From assembly GCF_963506605.1 (NCBI RefSeq), contig NC_083282.1, forward strand, positions 62,868,001 to 62,932,000: a stretch of 64,000 bases of DNA, written 5' to 3'. The notes beneath the pieces are model-generated. The model saw only the letters and a program-made list of their open reading frames with translations. It searched no databases and was not told the origin of the DNA. The translations under genes were made by a program, and so were the position numbers. Below, piece after piece: positions 38,066 through 49,506 of the stretch; positions within the stretch are counted from its first letter, which is position 1, and every line of letters starts with the position of its first letter. Origin of the DNA: Zootoca vivipara. Lineage: Eukaryota.

Positions 38066-38455
38066 CAGGGTTAGATTTCGGTTTGATGAGGCCCTAAGCT
38101 ACAGAAGGTAATGGGGCCCTTTATATGTCCAGCTGTCCTTTGTATTTCTGCTCCAGTTACTTTGATAAAATACATATTTTGTTATGTGCAAATGGCTTTA
38201 GCTCCATAAATTACCATATAGCATATATTCAACACAAAAACTGTGACAATTTGTTGTTGACAATTACTTACATCATAAGAGGCTACACAACACAAAACAC
38301 TGTTGCTGTATGTAGGTTTTATTTCATTTAATTTTTTATCTTATATTTTGGAAGTGTACAACCAGCTGTGTTTTTCCTTTAATTTTTGGGGGGATCCCAA
38401 AGAGAGTGGGGCCCTAAGCTTTAGCTTGTTTAGCTTATACGTAAATCCGGCACTG
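38066..38455. mobile_element. hAT (Tip100-like) MITE 36 nt from the BCAS2 exon 2 donor
   Basis: CAGGGTTAGATTT / AAATCCGGCACTG termini; imperfect TSD CCAAGGAC/CGGAGGAC; GGGCCCT subterminal motifs. Confidence 0.7.
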
Positions 38456-38491
38456 CGGAGGACACTTGAGCCTGGCGGGCGCCTTCCTCAC

Positions 38492-38584
38492 CTCGAAAGC
38501 GATGTAGTCGGGCGCCGTCAGGTAGCTCAGGTAGTTCTTGGTGGGCCGGTAGCGCCGCGTCTCCTCCTCCACCAGCGCCGCGGC
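38492..38584 (-). CDS. BCAS2: BCAS2 exon 2 ([31 protein letters not shown])
   Basis: CAG acceptor, GT donor, 93 nt, phase 0/0. Confidence 0.97.
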
Positions 38585-38687
38585 CTGAGGGGAGACAAAC
38601 GAGCGAAGCGGAAGACACTCGGTCAGAGGGACGCAGGGAAGACCCGGCGTTCTCGCCCCCTGTCCCCCTGTCCCCCGCCCCACTCAC

Positions 38688-38780
38688 CGCCTCTCGCACG
38701 CCCGGAGCCTCGTAGCCTTGGTCGAAATAGGGCAGGGCGTCCACGGCGACTTCGCCGGCCACCAAGCCCGGACCAGACAT
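38688..38780 (-). CDS. BCAS2: BCAS2 exon 1 ([31 protein letters not shown])
   Basis: [11 protein letters not shown] motif of SPF27; 93 nt; donor GTGAGT at 38687. Confidence 0.97.
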
Positions 38781-39549
38781 GCCGCAGCTCCCACCGCCCG
38801 CCCGCGCGCCTCAAACTTCCGTCGCGTTAAGATTGCGCAGCCGCCGTCTCCCCGACATCCACTGGTGTCACTGCGGCTGCGCAAATTTAGCTCTCTGGCG
38901 CGAAAGGAACCGCCGCGGCTCCCGGCGCCTGCGCCTGCTCGACTACACGGCCCAGCAAGTCATGCTGCTGCTGCTCCCCCTGCAGGGCGGCGTAAGGAAC
39001 AGCGGCGCCGAAATAACAAATAGAGTTATAGATTAATGCAAACAACAACAGTGATTCAAGCGGTGTATTTTTTTCAATGCTGCCTGGAGAGTAACACTAC
39101 ATACCATACATACACACGTTCTCCTTTCCAAGGCCTCTGGTTAATGGATAATTTTCCCTCTTACACGTGCCCACAGCATAAATGGTTTCCCCAGCGGCTG
39201 GGATTTTTATTTTTCTCTCCTTTCAGGCCCACTTCCCCAGCGCACACACCAATCCGGTTTAATCTGTTGCCACAGTGCAGTGGACTTTGCACAAGCTCTC
39301 TATATGGTATTATTGTTTTAACGACAGACATATTTTTCACTGCAGAAACCTGTAACTTTTTCCAAAAATGGTGTCCCCTTTAAGCAAAATTTATTACATG
39401 TTAACTGTGTTTTTTCTACTTCACACTGTTCATTACCAATTCTCCACTGACCAAGGTCATAGCCTGCAGTCCATTTCCTTATTCCATTACAACCCATGAG
39501 GGAAGGAGCGAAGCAGTCATAGGCTGGAGTTAAGAAATAATAGGAGCAA

Positions 39550-39550
<1 letters not shown>

Positions 39551-39583
<33 letters not shown>
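39551..39583. repeat. (CTG)11 trinucleotide repeat upstream of BCAS2
   Basis: Seen directly. Confidence 0.95.
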
Positions 39584-39586
<3 letters not shown>

Positions 39587-40081
39587 TGAGGAAACTAGTG
39601 GGCACCCAGCACTGCTAGAGCCACAAGTGGTTCCGAGAACTGGTCTGCAGTTCATTCACTTTCTGCAAAGGGTTCTGTGCTACATGATCTCTGCTTACAG
39701 ATGAGTATGGAAAACCGCTTATTTGAATGTTTGTGGGGTGGGGGAGAGGCTCTGTTAATTTCACTGTACACAGGTTGTACATTGACAATAAATGTATTAT
39801 TGTTGCTGAGCTCCGTTGAAAACAGCTCCATATAAACCAGGAAGTGACCACTCCAGACAATGGAATGACTCTTATTTTGTTATCTCTGTTTCCCCTCCTC
39901 CCGTTCCATTGTGTGGCCCCTGGGTACTGGAAGCCCATGCTATACCACTGCCACTGACCCATCAAGCTCAACAGTCCTAACGAAAGCTCCCCAGGATTTC
40001 AGAGAGGGTCTTTCCCAGCTGTATCTGGAGAGGAAATGATTGAAACTGGGATCTGCTGCTTGCAAAGCATGTTGTTTACCA

Positions 40082-40262
40082 TCGTAGCTCAGTGATAAGA
40101 GTATCCGTCTTACAGAAAGGCCCAGGTTCATCCCCAGTATCTCACAATAGGACTGGAAATGTCCACGGTCTAAAACCCTGGAGAGCCAGTGCTTGTCAGT
40201 GTAGACAATACCGAGCTAGACAGAGCAGTGATCTGACTCTGTATAAGATAGCTTCTTACGTT
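40082..40262 (+). mobile_element. Older tRNA-derived SINE (family copy at ~53025-53210, minus)
   Basis: TAGCTCAGTG A box, CCAGGTTCATCCCC B-box-like; body matches the reverse copy at 53025. Confidence 0.65.
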
Positions 40263-40593
40263 CCACTGAGCTGCAGTCTTTCTCTGCTCCTAAAATTGTT
40301 GTCTATATAGCTATACAAGGCAGCAGGTTCAGTGATGTCATATTGGGGTGATGCACTTCTGGTAACCAGTACTTAACAGATAAACACACCACAATATTCT
40401 GCACAAGCTGCCCTTCCAGACATGCATCCAGGCCCTTCCGTTTACAATGTTACAAGTTCTACTTCTGGCAAGGGCACGACTCATTCCTCTAACATTAAGA
40501 GCTCAGTCTTTCTGGAAAAACGCACTGATGGTGTCATTATCATTGACAGACAGAGGAAAAAGAGATGATCCGATACACAAAAACACAGCATAT

Positions 40594-40630
40594 TTTATTT
40601 GAACCAGTTCCTTAAAGAACTTGGTTTATT
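40594..40630 (-). terminator. Putative DENND2C polyadenylation site (two AATAAA: 40625-40630 and 40594-40599)
   Basis: Tandem AATAAA on the minus strand with upstream TGTA and a downstream GU-rich tract (TGCTGTGTTTTTGTGT). Confidence 0.6.
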
Positions 40631-41177
40631 ACAGATCTGTAACTGTACATATAGTTTTGGTTTCATCTAAACACCACAAAATATGGCTTTATCCAGAATG
40701 AGCAAACAGGCTGCAAAACACACACAAAGGTGCTACACAGGAGAAAGACAACCACTGAGAAGAAGTACGCAAGGTCTGGAGGAAAGTTTTTTTATGGAGA
40801 TAAGGGAAAGATGCATGTTTCCCATCTAGGATTGTGCAACAGGAATTATTAAAGTGGTTTTCACACTTTGAGGGCTAAAGTAACCCAGACATTTCCCAAA
40901 TGTGGATATGAATAACAGAATCGCAGGTGAACTCTTCTTCCTCGTCTTCTGATCAAGTGCAATAGTCTTAAGTGCTGAAAAGCTCCCACAAAATCAATGA
41001 CCAGATCTTCTCATCAAGAATCTAGTTCTGTAAGGGTGGAAGCATGAGAGATTCGAAACAGAATCGCAGCAATGGTTCTAAAACATGCGAGAACAGAAAC
41101 TGAACAAAATCACTTCCTTTGTGTTTGGGACCCACTTGTTAAAACGTGGTCCTGTGCATAATTACTCAGAAGTATGC

Positions 41178-41522
41178 TGGTGGTCAACAAAATAGGTTTA
41201 AAGACTGTCTCAAGGCAAATCTTTAAAAAATATAGTATAAACATTGACAACTGGGAAACACTGGCCTTCGAGCGCTCCAGTTGGAGAACAGCCTTTACCA
41301 AAGGTGTCATGGGCTTTGAAGACACTCAAACCCAGGATGCAAGGGAGAAATGTGCTAAGAGGAAGACACGCTTGGGAAATCCACACCGTGATCACTCCCA
41401 CCCAGAAACCAATGTCCCCACTGTGGAAGGACGTGTGGATCCAGAATTGGCCTCCACAGTCACTTACGGACCCATTGTGGAAGACAATCTTACTCGGCTA
41501 TGAGTGATCATCAAAGAAGAAG
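41178..41522 (+). mobile_element. RTE-clade LINE 3' fragment
   Basis: Decayed ORF end (FKDCLKAN...WETLAFERSSWR...CPHCGRTCGSRIGLHSHLRTHC); GAAGAAGA tail; 14-bp TSD ACTCA(G/A)AAGTATGC. Confidence 0.85.
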
Positions 41523-43526
41523 ACTCAAAAGTATGCACATCCCTGAGATTTACTTGCTCCCCAATTGGTGCACAAAGGATTTTAGCCTTAGGCTGAAATC
41601 CCAAATGCTTTCTAAGGAGAAAATCCCACTGAAGGCCAAGGGACTTACTTCTGAGTAAACATATGGGATGGGCTGTTGGCCTTGTATGACCAACTCAAAT
41701 TTAAATGTCGAAAGTTCTCTGATGTTATCCTCATATATACATTTGATGTTTTGTCTTCATGTTTTTTGGCACAGCAAAAAGAAAAAGAAAAATCAGGAAC
41801 TCTCCCCAGTGAAAGCAGCACCTTTCAGATACAAGCAATAATATTTTTTTAAAAAAAACCCATGAAGACCTGCAATTCATGTTTCACTCAAATCCAGAGG
41901 TCAATCAGACTGTAAGGAAGAGAAAAGGCAATTTGGTACATCAGCGCTCTGTACGTCAAAGGAATTCCTTGTGTGGTCATTTGTTATGATTCCAAGGCTG
42001 TACAACAGTCCCATGCATTAATCCTGAGTCTATTTCCTACATGTAAACATGGTAAAGCGCCACTGGAGTGTATTCTCTGGCTACATCCAACAGGTCCACA
42101 GAGGCAAGAGTAATTGGAGTAGTCTAATACTGCCTTGTAAATAAGCCCTCAAAAGTTACCAGCCCCCCCCCCCACAGTTAATAGTCTACTGGGGGCTGGC
42201 AAAAGGATGGGGAGCTGCATTTCTAAGGGACTTTCCCTCCTCTTGGTTTCTATGCTGGGCTCAAAGAAGGGACAGGGTGCTCAGTTCCTGCTCTGCCAGC
42301 CTGCTCACCTGTGCCTGCAAAGTCCTTAAATACAAAACTGGTCCAATAAGAAAATGACATGCTGTGTCATAGTTGATAGTTAAGTGACACAGGTATTTGC
42401 CTTTACATTCTAAACAGCTATTGGAAATAGTGTGCAAGCTACCAGGAGGAATAAGGGTTCCCTAAAAGCAGATAACAACAGACCTTGGTGTAGATGAAGA
42501 AGAAAATGTTTTTGATGAATGTTCAGCTGCGGTAAATTAGAGCGATGCTTTACAGAGAAGAACCCATTTCTATCCCACCCATTTCACAACAAAATGCAAT
42601 GGTAAGAAACTCACTTTTCTTTTACAATAGCTCTGTATCAAACCAAAACCAACTCATTTTAAATTCCACTGTTCGGTTTTCTTTTTCTTTTTAAAAAAGT
42701 CTTCATATTCCCAAATTGCGTTTAAACGGCATTTTCTTGGCCAGTAAACACCAGTCTTGACTGAGGTATATCCCCATACGTAGCAGAAGCAGGTCTGCAA
42801 AAAGGCACAGAAGTTGTATATTTGCAGCAGGTTGAAGTTTGCAGTATAAAAACCAATAGAGCAAACAAAGGAGTGGGTGTTCTTGTCTTGCTTTCAATAT
42901 TTGAAAAACAGAAAGCTTTGAAAGACATAAGTAAAGCCAATAGTTAATAAGAGAATGTGGCTAAACCTGGGCTAGTAACAGAGGACCTAACAGGAAGACG
43001 GGTGAACAGGCCCTAAGAGTACAGGTTTGCCTTTCCAGTTTTAGAGGAAGTTTCCAGGTGCAGAGAATCTCTGCAGTGCAGTATTGCCATAGGTCAGTTT
43101 CTGAATTCATTTTCTTTTTAATTTCAGGTTCATTCCTCTTATTAAAAGGTATCAGCTTAGCCCTCAGGGCTAATTTGAGCAGGAGTCATTTATAAAAACA
43201 AGAGGGCATAGGAAGTCTCTTCAGGCCAAGCAGCATAAACAGGGATAGTTCACACAGCTAATTGGATTCTCCTTTGTAGACCAATTCTACAAAGACACAG
43301 AAGCCTAGTTTCTCCCAGTAAAAGTCCCGTTGGACTAGGCACAGCAAAGATTTGAGAATTCCACTCAGATCTTACGCCCTTTCTTCCAATCATTTGAAGG
43401 GTATCTGAGCTTGAATTCAAGCCATCCCATCTGACGCTGCAGCAACAGGCAACGTGGTGCCCCCTTCTGACAGCCAAGTGAGAACTTGAAACCACTCTTA
43501 GCAGCAATTTTGTACTCGGCTTCTTC

Positions 43527-43558
43527 TCACTTCTTTTGCAAAAATTTCATTTTGCTAC
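43527..43558 (-). CDS. DENND2C: DENND2C terminal coding exon (GSKMKFLQKK*)
   Basis: TAG acceptor; TGA 43529-43527; matches recalled human C-terminus GSKMKFLQKK. Confidence 0.95.
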
Positions 43559-44207
43559 CTAAAAGGAAAAGCATAAAGAAAAAATTGTAAGGTTGAGGCA
43601 TGCCTGGGCATGGCTATTTCACTGAGTTCATTAATCGCTTCCCACGAAACACCCCGAAGCAGTCAACCATAAAAACGTCAGCAATGAAAACGTACATAGA
43701 AATAATTTAAATCCAATACATAAACAGGCTGGGATAAGAATCTCCACTTTAAAAGCTTGTTGGGAAATGAAGGCCTTCAGCTAGTGCCAAAGAGATAACA
43801 TTAATTACACTTGTCTGGAGGAAGTTCCAAAGGGGAGATTCCATCACACCAAAAGCCAGATTTCTACATTGTACAGAATGAACCTCAGGATGAGATGGTA
43901 TCTGCACAAACTTTAACCAGAGGGTGCTCTAAACACTTCTACAGGGTCTACATCAGCTGTGGTGTGGATACGGGTGATTTTGACGCGAAAGTATTTTGTA
44001 AAACTCTAAGCTTCCAAGCAGTTGGTTGCATCCTGTCCAGGGCTACATCTCACCAGCCCATTCACCATTTGGAAAAGCTCCACTGCAGGTGCAATGGAGG
44101 AAGAGAAGGAGGCTTATTATCAAGGCTGAAAGGTTTTCTTGGTAGTTCATAGTTACACAAATTACAAGCGACCAAGGCAGGCAAGAGCAAGACTGAGCAT
44201 TATTTAC

Positions 44208-44294
44208 CCAGACTACGGAGGATTTTGTTCATCCCGCTTGGCTCAGACTCTGGAATGGTCTCCAAATACTCCAAGGCACGGACTTCAAACAAGC
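44208..44294 (-). CDS. DENND2C: DENND2C exon (GLFEVRALEYLETIPESEPSGMNKILRSL)
   Basis: TAG/GTAAA; 87 nt. Confidence 0.95.
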
Positions 44295-44638
44295 CTAGAA
44301 AAAAAAGGAAAGCATCACTTAGACATGCATTTCTCTCTCTCTCTCTCTCTCTCTTGGGGTGAAGTTTCAAACAAGATTACACATGAGAAAGCCCACATGT
44401 GCCCCAAAGAAGGGAAATACCTGTACATTGCCTAAAAGAAGGGATGAGTGCATGGATGCAGCCAGGCATCCTGTTCATAGCCTCTTATTCTGGGTTGGAG
44501 ATGCTCTCACGTTCTCCAGCCTTTACCTCCTCCATGGCAAGGAGGAGTTTCTTAAATATTTCCCAGTGCACTACCCAGGCAGTTAGTACAAGAGCTGGAA
44601 GAGAGTCTGAAGGTTTTCCATCACCTCCAATTCTGGTA

Positions 44639-44876
44639 CAGTGGTACCTCGAGTTACAAATGCCTCAGTTTACAAATGCTTCAGGTTACAAACTCCGCTA
44701 ACCTGGAAGTTACCTTGAGTTGAGAACTTTGCCCTACGATGGAATGGAAATCATGTGCCGGCGGAGCAGCGGCAGCAAGAGGCCCCATTAGCAAAAGCAC
44801 ACCTCTAGTTAAGAACAGTTTCAGGTTAAGAACAGACCTCCGGAACAAATTAAGTTCATAACTAGAGGTACCACTG
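44639..44876. mobile_element. Tigger-like MITE
   Basis: TA-CAGTGGTACCTC / GAGGTACCACTG-TA. Confidence 0.85.
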
Positions 44877-44945
44877 TATTAACTTAAGTGAAGGAAAGGG
44901 GCCTCCTCTCCTGTCCATCATGCTGACAGCTACCTGTCTAATTCT

Positions 44946-45200
44946 GGGGAGCCAGTGTGGTGTAGTGGTTAAGAGCGGTAGACTCGTAATCTGGGGAACC
45001 GGGTTCGCATCTCCGCTCCTCCACATGCAGCTGCTGGGTGACCTTGGGCTAGTCATACTTCTTTGAAGTCTCTCAGCCCCACTCCCCTCACAGAGTGTTT
45101 GTTGTGGGGGAGGAAGGGAAAGGAGAATGTTAGCCGCTTTGAGACTCCTTCGGGTAGTGATAAAGTGGGATATCAAATCCAAACTCTTCTTCTTCTTCTT
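44946..45200 (+). mobile_element. tRNA-derived SINE (POMSINE/Squam-type), full length
   Basis: A box TGGTGTAGTGG, B box GGTTCGCATC, (CTT)n tail. Confidence 0.9.
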
Positions 45201-45810
45201 TAATAAAGTAAAGCCAAGCAGGCATTTGAATTTCATTACAATCTCGTTTAAAAGTTAAACAGTTTATCTACAATTCCTTGCAAGTGTGGATAAGCCCTCA
45301 CCCCACTTTCCTAGAACTAAATAAAGAATGCATTTGGGGAAGTCAGCAAAGGACTGTCACTGTTTCCAAGCTCAGAACATGGAGGGGCTCACAACTGAAG
45401 GCAGCAGCACCTTCCCAATCCCAGAAGAAGAGCACAGAACATTCTGCAGGCACAAAGTAGCTCTGCATTTCTACCATTTTCACTTGGTTTATTTTAATCA
45501 ATTTTCATTGAAAATTCCCAAAACCTAACAAAGCACAGGGTTGTAAAAAATAATAATAATAAAAAAATCACCATACACAATATGGCCAAGAAAACAAATG
45601 GCCATCCAAAATAAATGAGTCCCTCCAAAATGAGGAGAAAGCAGGTGGTAAATGGTCCTGGTTACCTCCAGTAGCAAAACATTTTAGAAGGTACCAGATA
45701 TTGAAAAACAATCCAACTTTGATTCCTCTTTGGCTGTTTTAAATTCCTGTGCAAATACCACAATTGTTCTACATAAAACAGTAATAAGGACTGGATTTGG
45801 CAAGCATCAC

Positions 45811-46050
45811 CTTTAACCCCGCTCTTCCGTAGCTCTCGATCCTGTATGAAACCAGCGAACATTTGCGTCTCCATGAAGATGTCTAGGAAATGGCGCACGT
45901 TGCGGGAGGTGTGGGACTTCCGGAAGGGATCTCGCTGGAACACCCGCTCCCCTTTCTCAGTGACATGCATGTGCAGGGAGTAGTGCCCCACAATCTCCAC
46001 GAAGAAGCGCACAAAAGCCTCCGATACCAACAAGTCCAGAGTCACATCAC
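45811..46050 (-). CDS. DENND2C: DENND2C exon (GDVTLDLLVSEAFVRFFVEIVGHY...METQMFAGFIQDRELRKSGVK), dDENN
   Basis: dDENN F.ETQMF..FI motif; TAG/GTGATG; 240 nt. Confidence 0.96.
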
Positions 46051-46579
46051 CTACCAAAAGGCACAGAAAGCAGTCACATCTCAACCTTTGGAGAGATCGA
46101 CCTCGGCTTCGTTCCCAAAGGCTATGGAGGGACTGCGCATCCTGCTGGGTGGGTCAGAGCCTAAATCGCTACCTACATATCTCTGTTTAAACAGAGATAA
46201 CGAAACGTGGAACATAGCTCAGGATGTCAACAGCTTCAGTAGGTACAATAACTGCACTCTCAATGGGGAGCTAGGCAACCATCAACATGGATGCGCAGAA
46301 GCAAGGGTGGGTCTGGGAATCCAAACAACCACTTCTCTGTTGCCAAGCAGTAGGATGCGTGTGTAGTTTGCTGGAAGTGGGAAGCACTGTGCACATGCTT
46401 TTCCCAGTCACCGTTTCCTCACTGCAACCTCCTCTCCTCCCCATCAGCCCTGGGGGTTAAAGCCCCTTCCTGACACTTTTTCCTCTGCCAACCAAATTCC
46501 CCACCCCCACCCCACTTTGCCACTTTGCAGTGGAGATGTCTGGAGATTTCCACACCACCATATTCTCATGGATGTCTAA

Positions 46580-47142
46580 TTTCCTTTTTCATTGTTATGA
46601 TTATTTTATTTTTTAAGTTTTCCAGTTTTACAATTACACCTTTTTCCTATTCTTATACAATAACTGCTTGACTTCCCACTCAGCATTCCATGACAGTTCT
46701 TTTTACATCTTGCTTAGCTGCATATACATTAATTCCTTCACCTTATTTCCCACACTCTCATATCTCTCATATTATCAACTGTTGGTCACAAAGTATCCCT
46801 TCATCTGGAATCTATATCTGAGGTCATTTTTTTTTTTGGTAAATATTCCCCTAGATACTCCCACTCACTCATTGTCTGTTTATCATCTTGATTTCTTATT
46901 TTAAATGTCATACTGGTATCCTCTGCATATTCAATTAGTTTGTATAGCCATTGTTCTTTCCCTGGGGTCTCTCTTTGTTTCCAGTATCTTGCATCTACTA
47001 TCATTGCTGCTATTGTTGCATATAAAAATAGGTTGTGGGCTTTCTTTGGTAACTCATTCCCAAGAACACCTAGAAGAAACGCTTCTGGTTTATTGGGGTA
47101 AGTAAATTTGAAGGTTTTCTTTAACTCATTGTACACCATCTT
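46580..47142 (-). mobile_element. 5'-truncated L1 (ORF2 C-terminus plus 3'UTR)
   Basis: MVYNELKK...KPEAFLLG...YATIAA...ARYWKQ peptide homologous to the other two L1s; AATAAA at 46605-46610. Confidence 0.82.
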
Positions 47143-47157
47143 TCTGATCCAAGTCAC

Positions 47158-47263
47158 CTTGTGTGTAATTCCGCTCCCGAGACAAGATTTCATTTCTCTC
47201 TTCTAAGATCTGTACGAGTGCAGCCTGGAGCTTGTGAGGTAGGATTTCATCTTCATCTGAAAC
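47158..47263 (-). CDS. DENND2C: DENND2C exon (VSDEDEILPHKLQAALVQILEERNEILSRERNYTQ)
   Basis: AAG acceptor; donor G|GTGACT; 106 nt. Confidence 0.93.
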
Positions 47264-48377
47264 CTTTAAAATAAAAGGGGAGGAAGCAGAATGGTGGTAG
47301 TTAACACGTATTCCAAAACAGGGCCATGTGATGCCACTAAAATGTTTCATGAAGTAATTATGTCAGCTACCACATGAAATTATTTCAACATGCAGTTTAA
47401 GAGGGCACACCTCATGGCTATACATAATTAAAGTGTGGAACCAATTAAATTTTATGTTTAAAGCAGGTGGGGTGGTTTCCAATGTTCATCATACACAGAG
47501 CAGACCCACTGAAATCAATGGACTTAAGTAAGTGAAATCCATTTATTTCAGGGGATCTACTCTGGGTATAACCTAGTTGTATACCACCCATTATCAAAAA
47601 TATTTTTAGAAAAGCATTGCAGATGTTGATACAACCACTACAGATTCTAGCCTCTAGAAGCAGAATTCAAAAACTAAACAAAAATCTAATAAATATCATA
47701 AGGTCACATCTTAAGATCCTTTGAATAACCAACTCCCATGCATTGGCTCCAATGCAGAACACACCAGTGGAGAGAAAAAAGGAGAACTGCTTGGTGTGAA
47801 TGAAGAGTGTGAATAGGGAGAAGTTATTCTTCCTATATTGTTATATTAGAAACTGAGGTCATCTAAAGTAGCTGACTGGTGGAAGATTCAGGAAAAGGAA
47901 AAAGGACATGCTTCTTCACACATCGCATGAACTACAGTCTGCAATTTGTTACCATAAAATGTGGCAATGGCCACTACCATGAACAGAGAATCAGATAAAC
48001 AGACACAGGATAAGAGAAACTGATGTACTCCTGAAGATATTTATAGCTTTCAATAATTGAAACCGAAACAAATCTTAGCAAATTGCTTCTATTTAACCCT
48101 TTGGGCCTATTTAACCCTTTGGCCTGAACTCCTTAATTCTTGTCCTCAGTTGGATCAAAATCTAGATAGCTGCCTGCTTTTGCTCTCATACAAGCCACCC
48201 ATCCTTCCTTCCCTCTCTGCCTGCTGCCTCTCCACCCACCTTGGCCACTGCTGAAGTTTAAAACTGTAAATTCCTCTGGGAAAAGATCCTGTCTTTTGCC
48301 ATGGACAGAGATACCATTACACAAACAACGGCCTGAGATTAGCAATGTCTTAAAAAACATTCTACTGTACTGAAGAA

Positions 48378-48532
48378 CAGTGGTACCTTGGTTTAAGAAC
48401 AGCTTAGTTGCATTAAGAACACTGCAAACCCGGAAGTAGGTGTTTTGGTTTGTGAACTTTGCCTCGGAAGCATAACATGCTTTAAAAACGGACTTCCGAA
48501 ACGGATTAAGTTCATAAACCAAGGTACCACTG
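48378..48532. mobile_element. Tigger-like MITE
   Basis: CAGTGGTACCTTGGTTTA / TAAACCAAGGTACCACTG TIR. Confidence 0.8.
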
Positions 48533-49167
48533 CACTAGATACTGGGCAAATGTAATGACCCAATTACTTCTGACTACTCCTTAACCAGGAATTGTGCACT
48601 AGAACTAAAAAGACCAATGACACTTAATTTTGCTTGGTGGAATGTTGCATTGAACAGTTTGTCAGCCTCCCCTTGCTTTGCCTGGGGGAGCACCTTCGGG
48701 CAACAGGGGAAAAGGGAAGCCAGCAGAGAATGACAACACTAGATTATTTTAATAACAGCTGACTACAGGAAACTCTTGACTGTCTAGACCCTAGACAATG
48801 AGGAGAAGAACTCTTGTGGAGAGGAAACACAGAAAATAGAAGCAGCAAGATGCTAGAGAGACAATAGCTTTCTAAAGACCAAAATTCAAGTCACATTACA
48901 AGTATAGTTTTTCCTTGTGCATTTTTGCTTCAGAACAGCAATCATGGGGCAGGCGGCAACTATCAGGACTAGGACTGAAGAAAGTGGAGGAAGGAACTTA
49001 AATCTTTAGCACCCATCCCCTTAAAGCTATTTGTGTGAAAAGCAAAGCTGTCATTGGTCCCAGCAAAAGCTTCTTTCTGATGCAAACAGAAACTCAAGGG
49101 GAGGGGGGATTTTCAGCAGAACTATGCATGGGAAGAAAAGGTTTAAAAAATCTCCACCCATGCAATT

Positions 49168-49423
49168 CTCCAATACTTTGGCTCCAATACTTTGGTCATC
49201 TCATGAGAAGAGAAGACTCCCTGGAAAAGACCCTGATGTTGGGAAAGATTGAGGGCACTAGGAGAAGGGGACGACAGAGGACGAGATGGTTGGACAGTGT
49301 TCTCGAAGCTACGAACATGAGTTTGACCAAACTGCGGGAGGCAGTGCAAGACAGGAGTGCCTGGCGTGCTATGGTCCATGGGGTCATGAAGAGTCGGACA
49401 CGACTAAACGACTAAACAACAAC
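49168..49423 (+). mobile_element. BovB (RTE) LINE 3' end
   Basis: LQYFGHLMRREDSLEKTLMLGKIEGTRRRGRQRTRWLD...KSRTRLND*; (AAC)n tail; 14-bp tandem duplication at the 5' junction. Confidence 0.93.
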
Positions 49424-49457
49424 TATCAGATCTCCTAAATCTGTGGGATTTAAGGGA

Positions 49458-49506
49458 TTGTTGTTGTTGTTGTTGTTGTTTTGTTGTTGTTGTTGTTGTT
49501 GTTGTT
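49458..49506. repeat. (GTT)n microsatellite
   Basis: Seen directly. Confidence 0.95.

Larger units (their letters stand above)
38460..39015. promoter_or_regulatory. BCAS2 CpG-island promoter: ETS (ACTTCCG 38815-38821), E2F (TGGCGCGAAA 38896-38905), ZNF143/THAP11-type (GACTACACGGCCCAGCAAG 38941-38959), CTCF-like (38971-38988)
   Basis: CpG-rich segment spanning exons 1-2 and upstream; motif matches read by eye. Confidence 0.75.

Noticed and set aside
38303-39036. Plus-strand ORFs overlapping BCAS2 exons 1-2
   Set aside because: Antisense shadows in GC-rich promoter DNA.
44946-45020. tRNA gene
   Set aside because: A/B boxes belong to the head of a multi-copy SINE; no complete cloverleaf.
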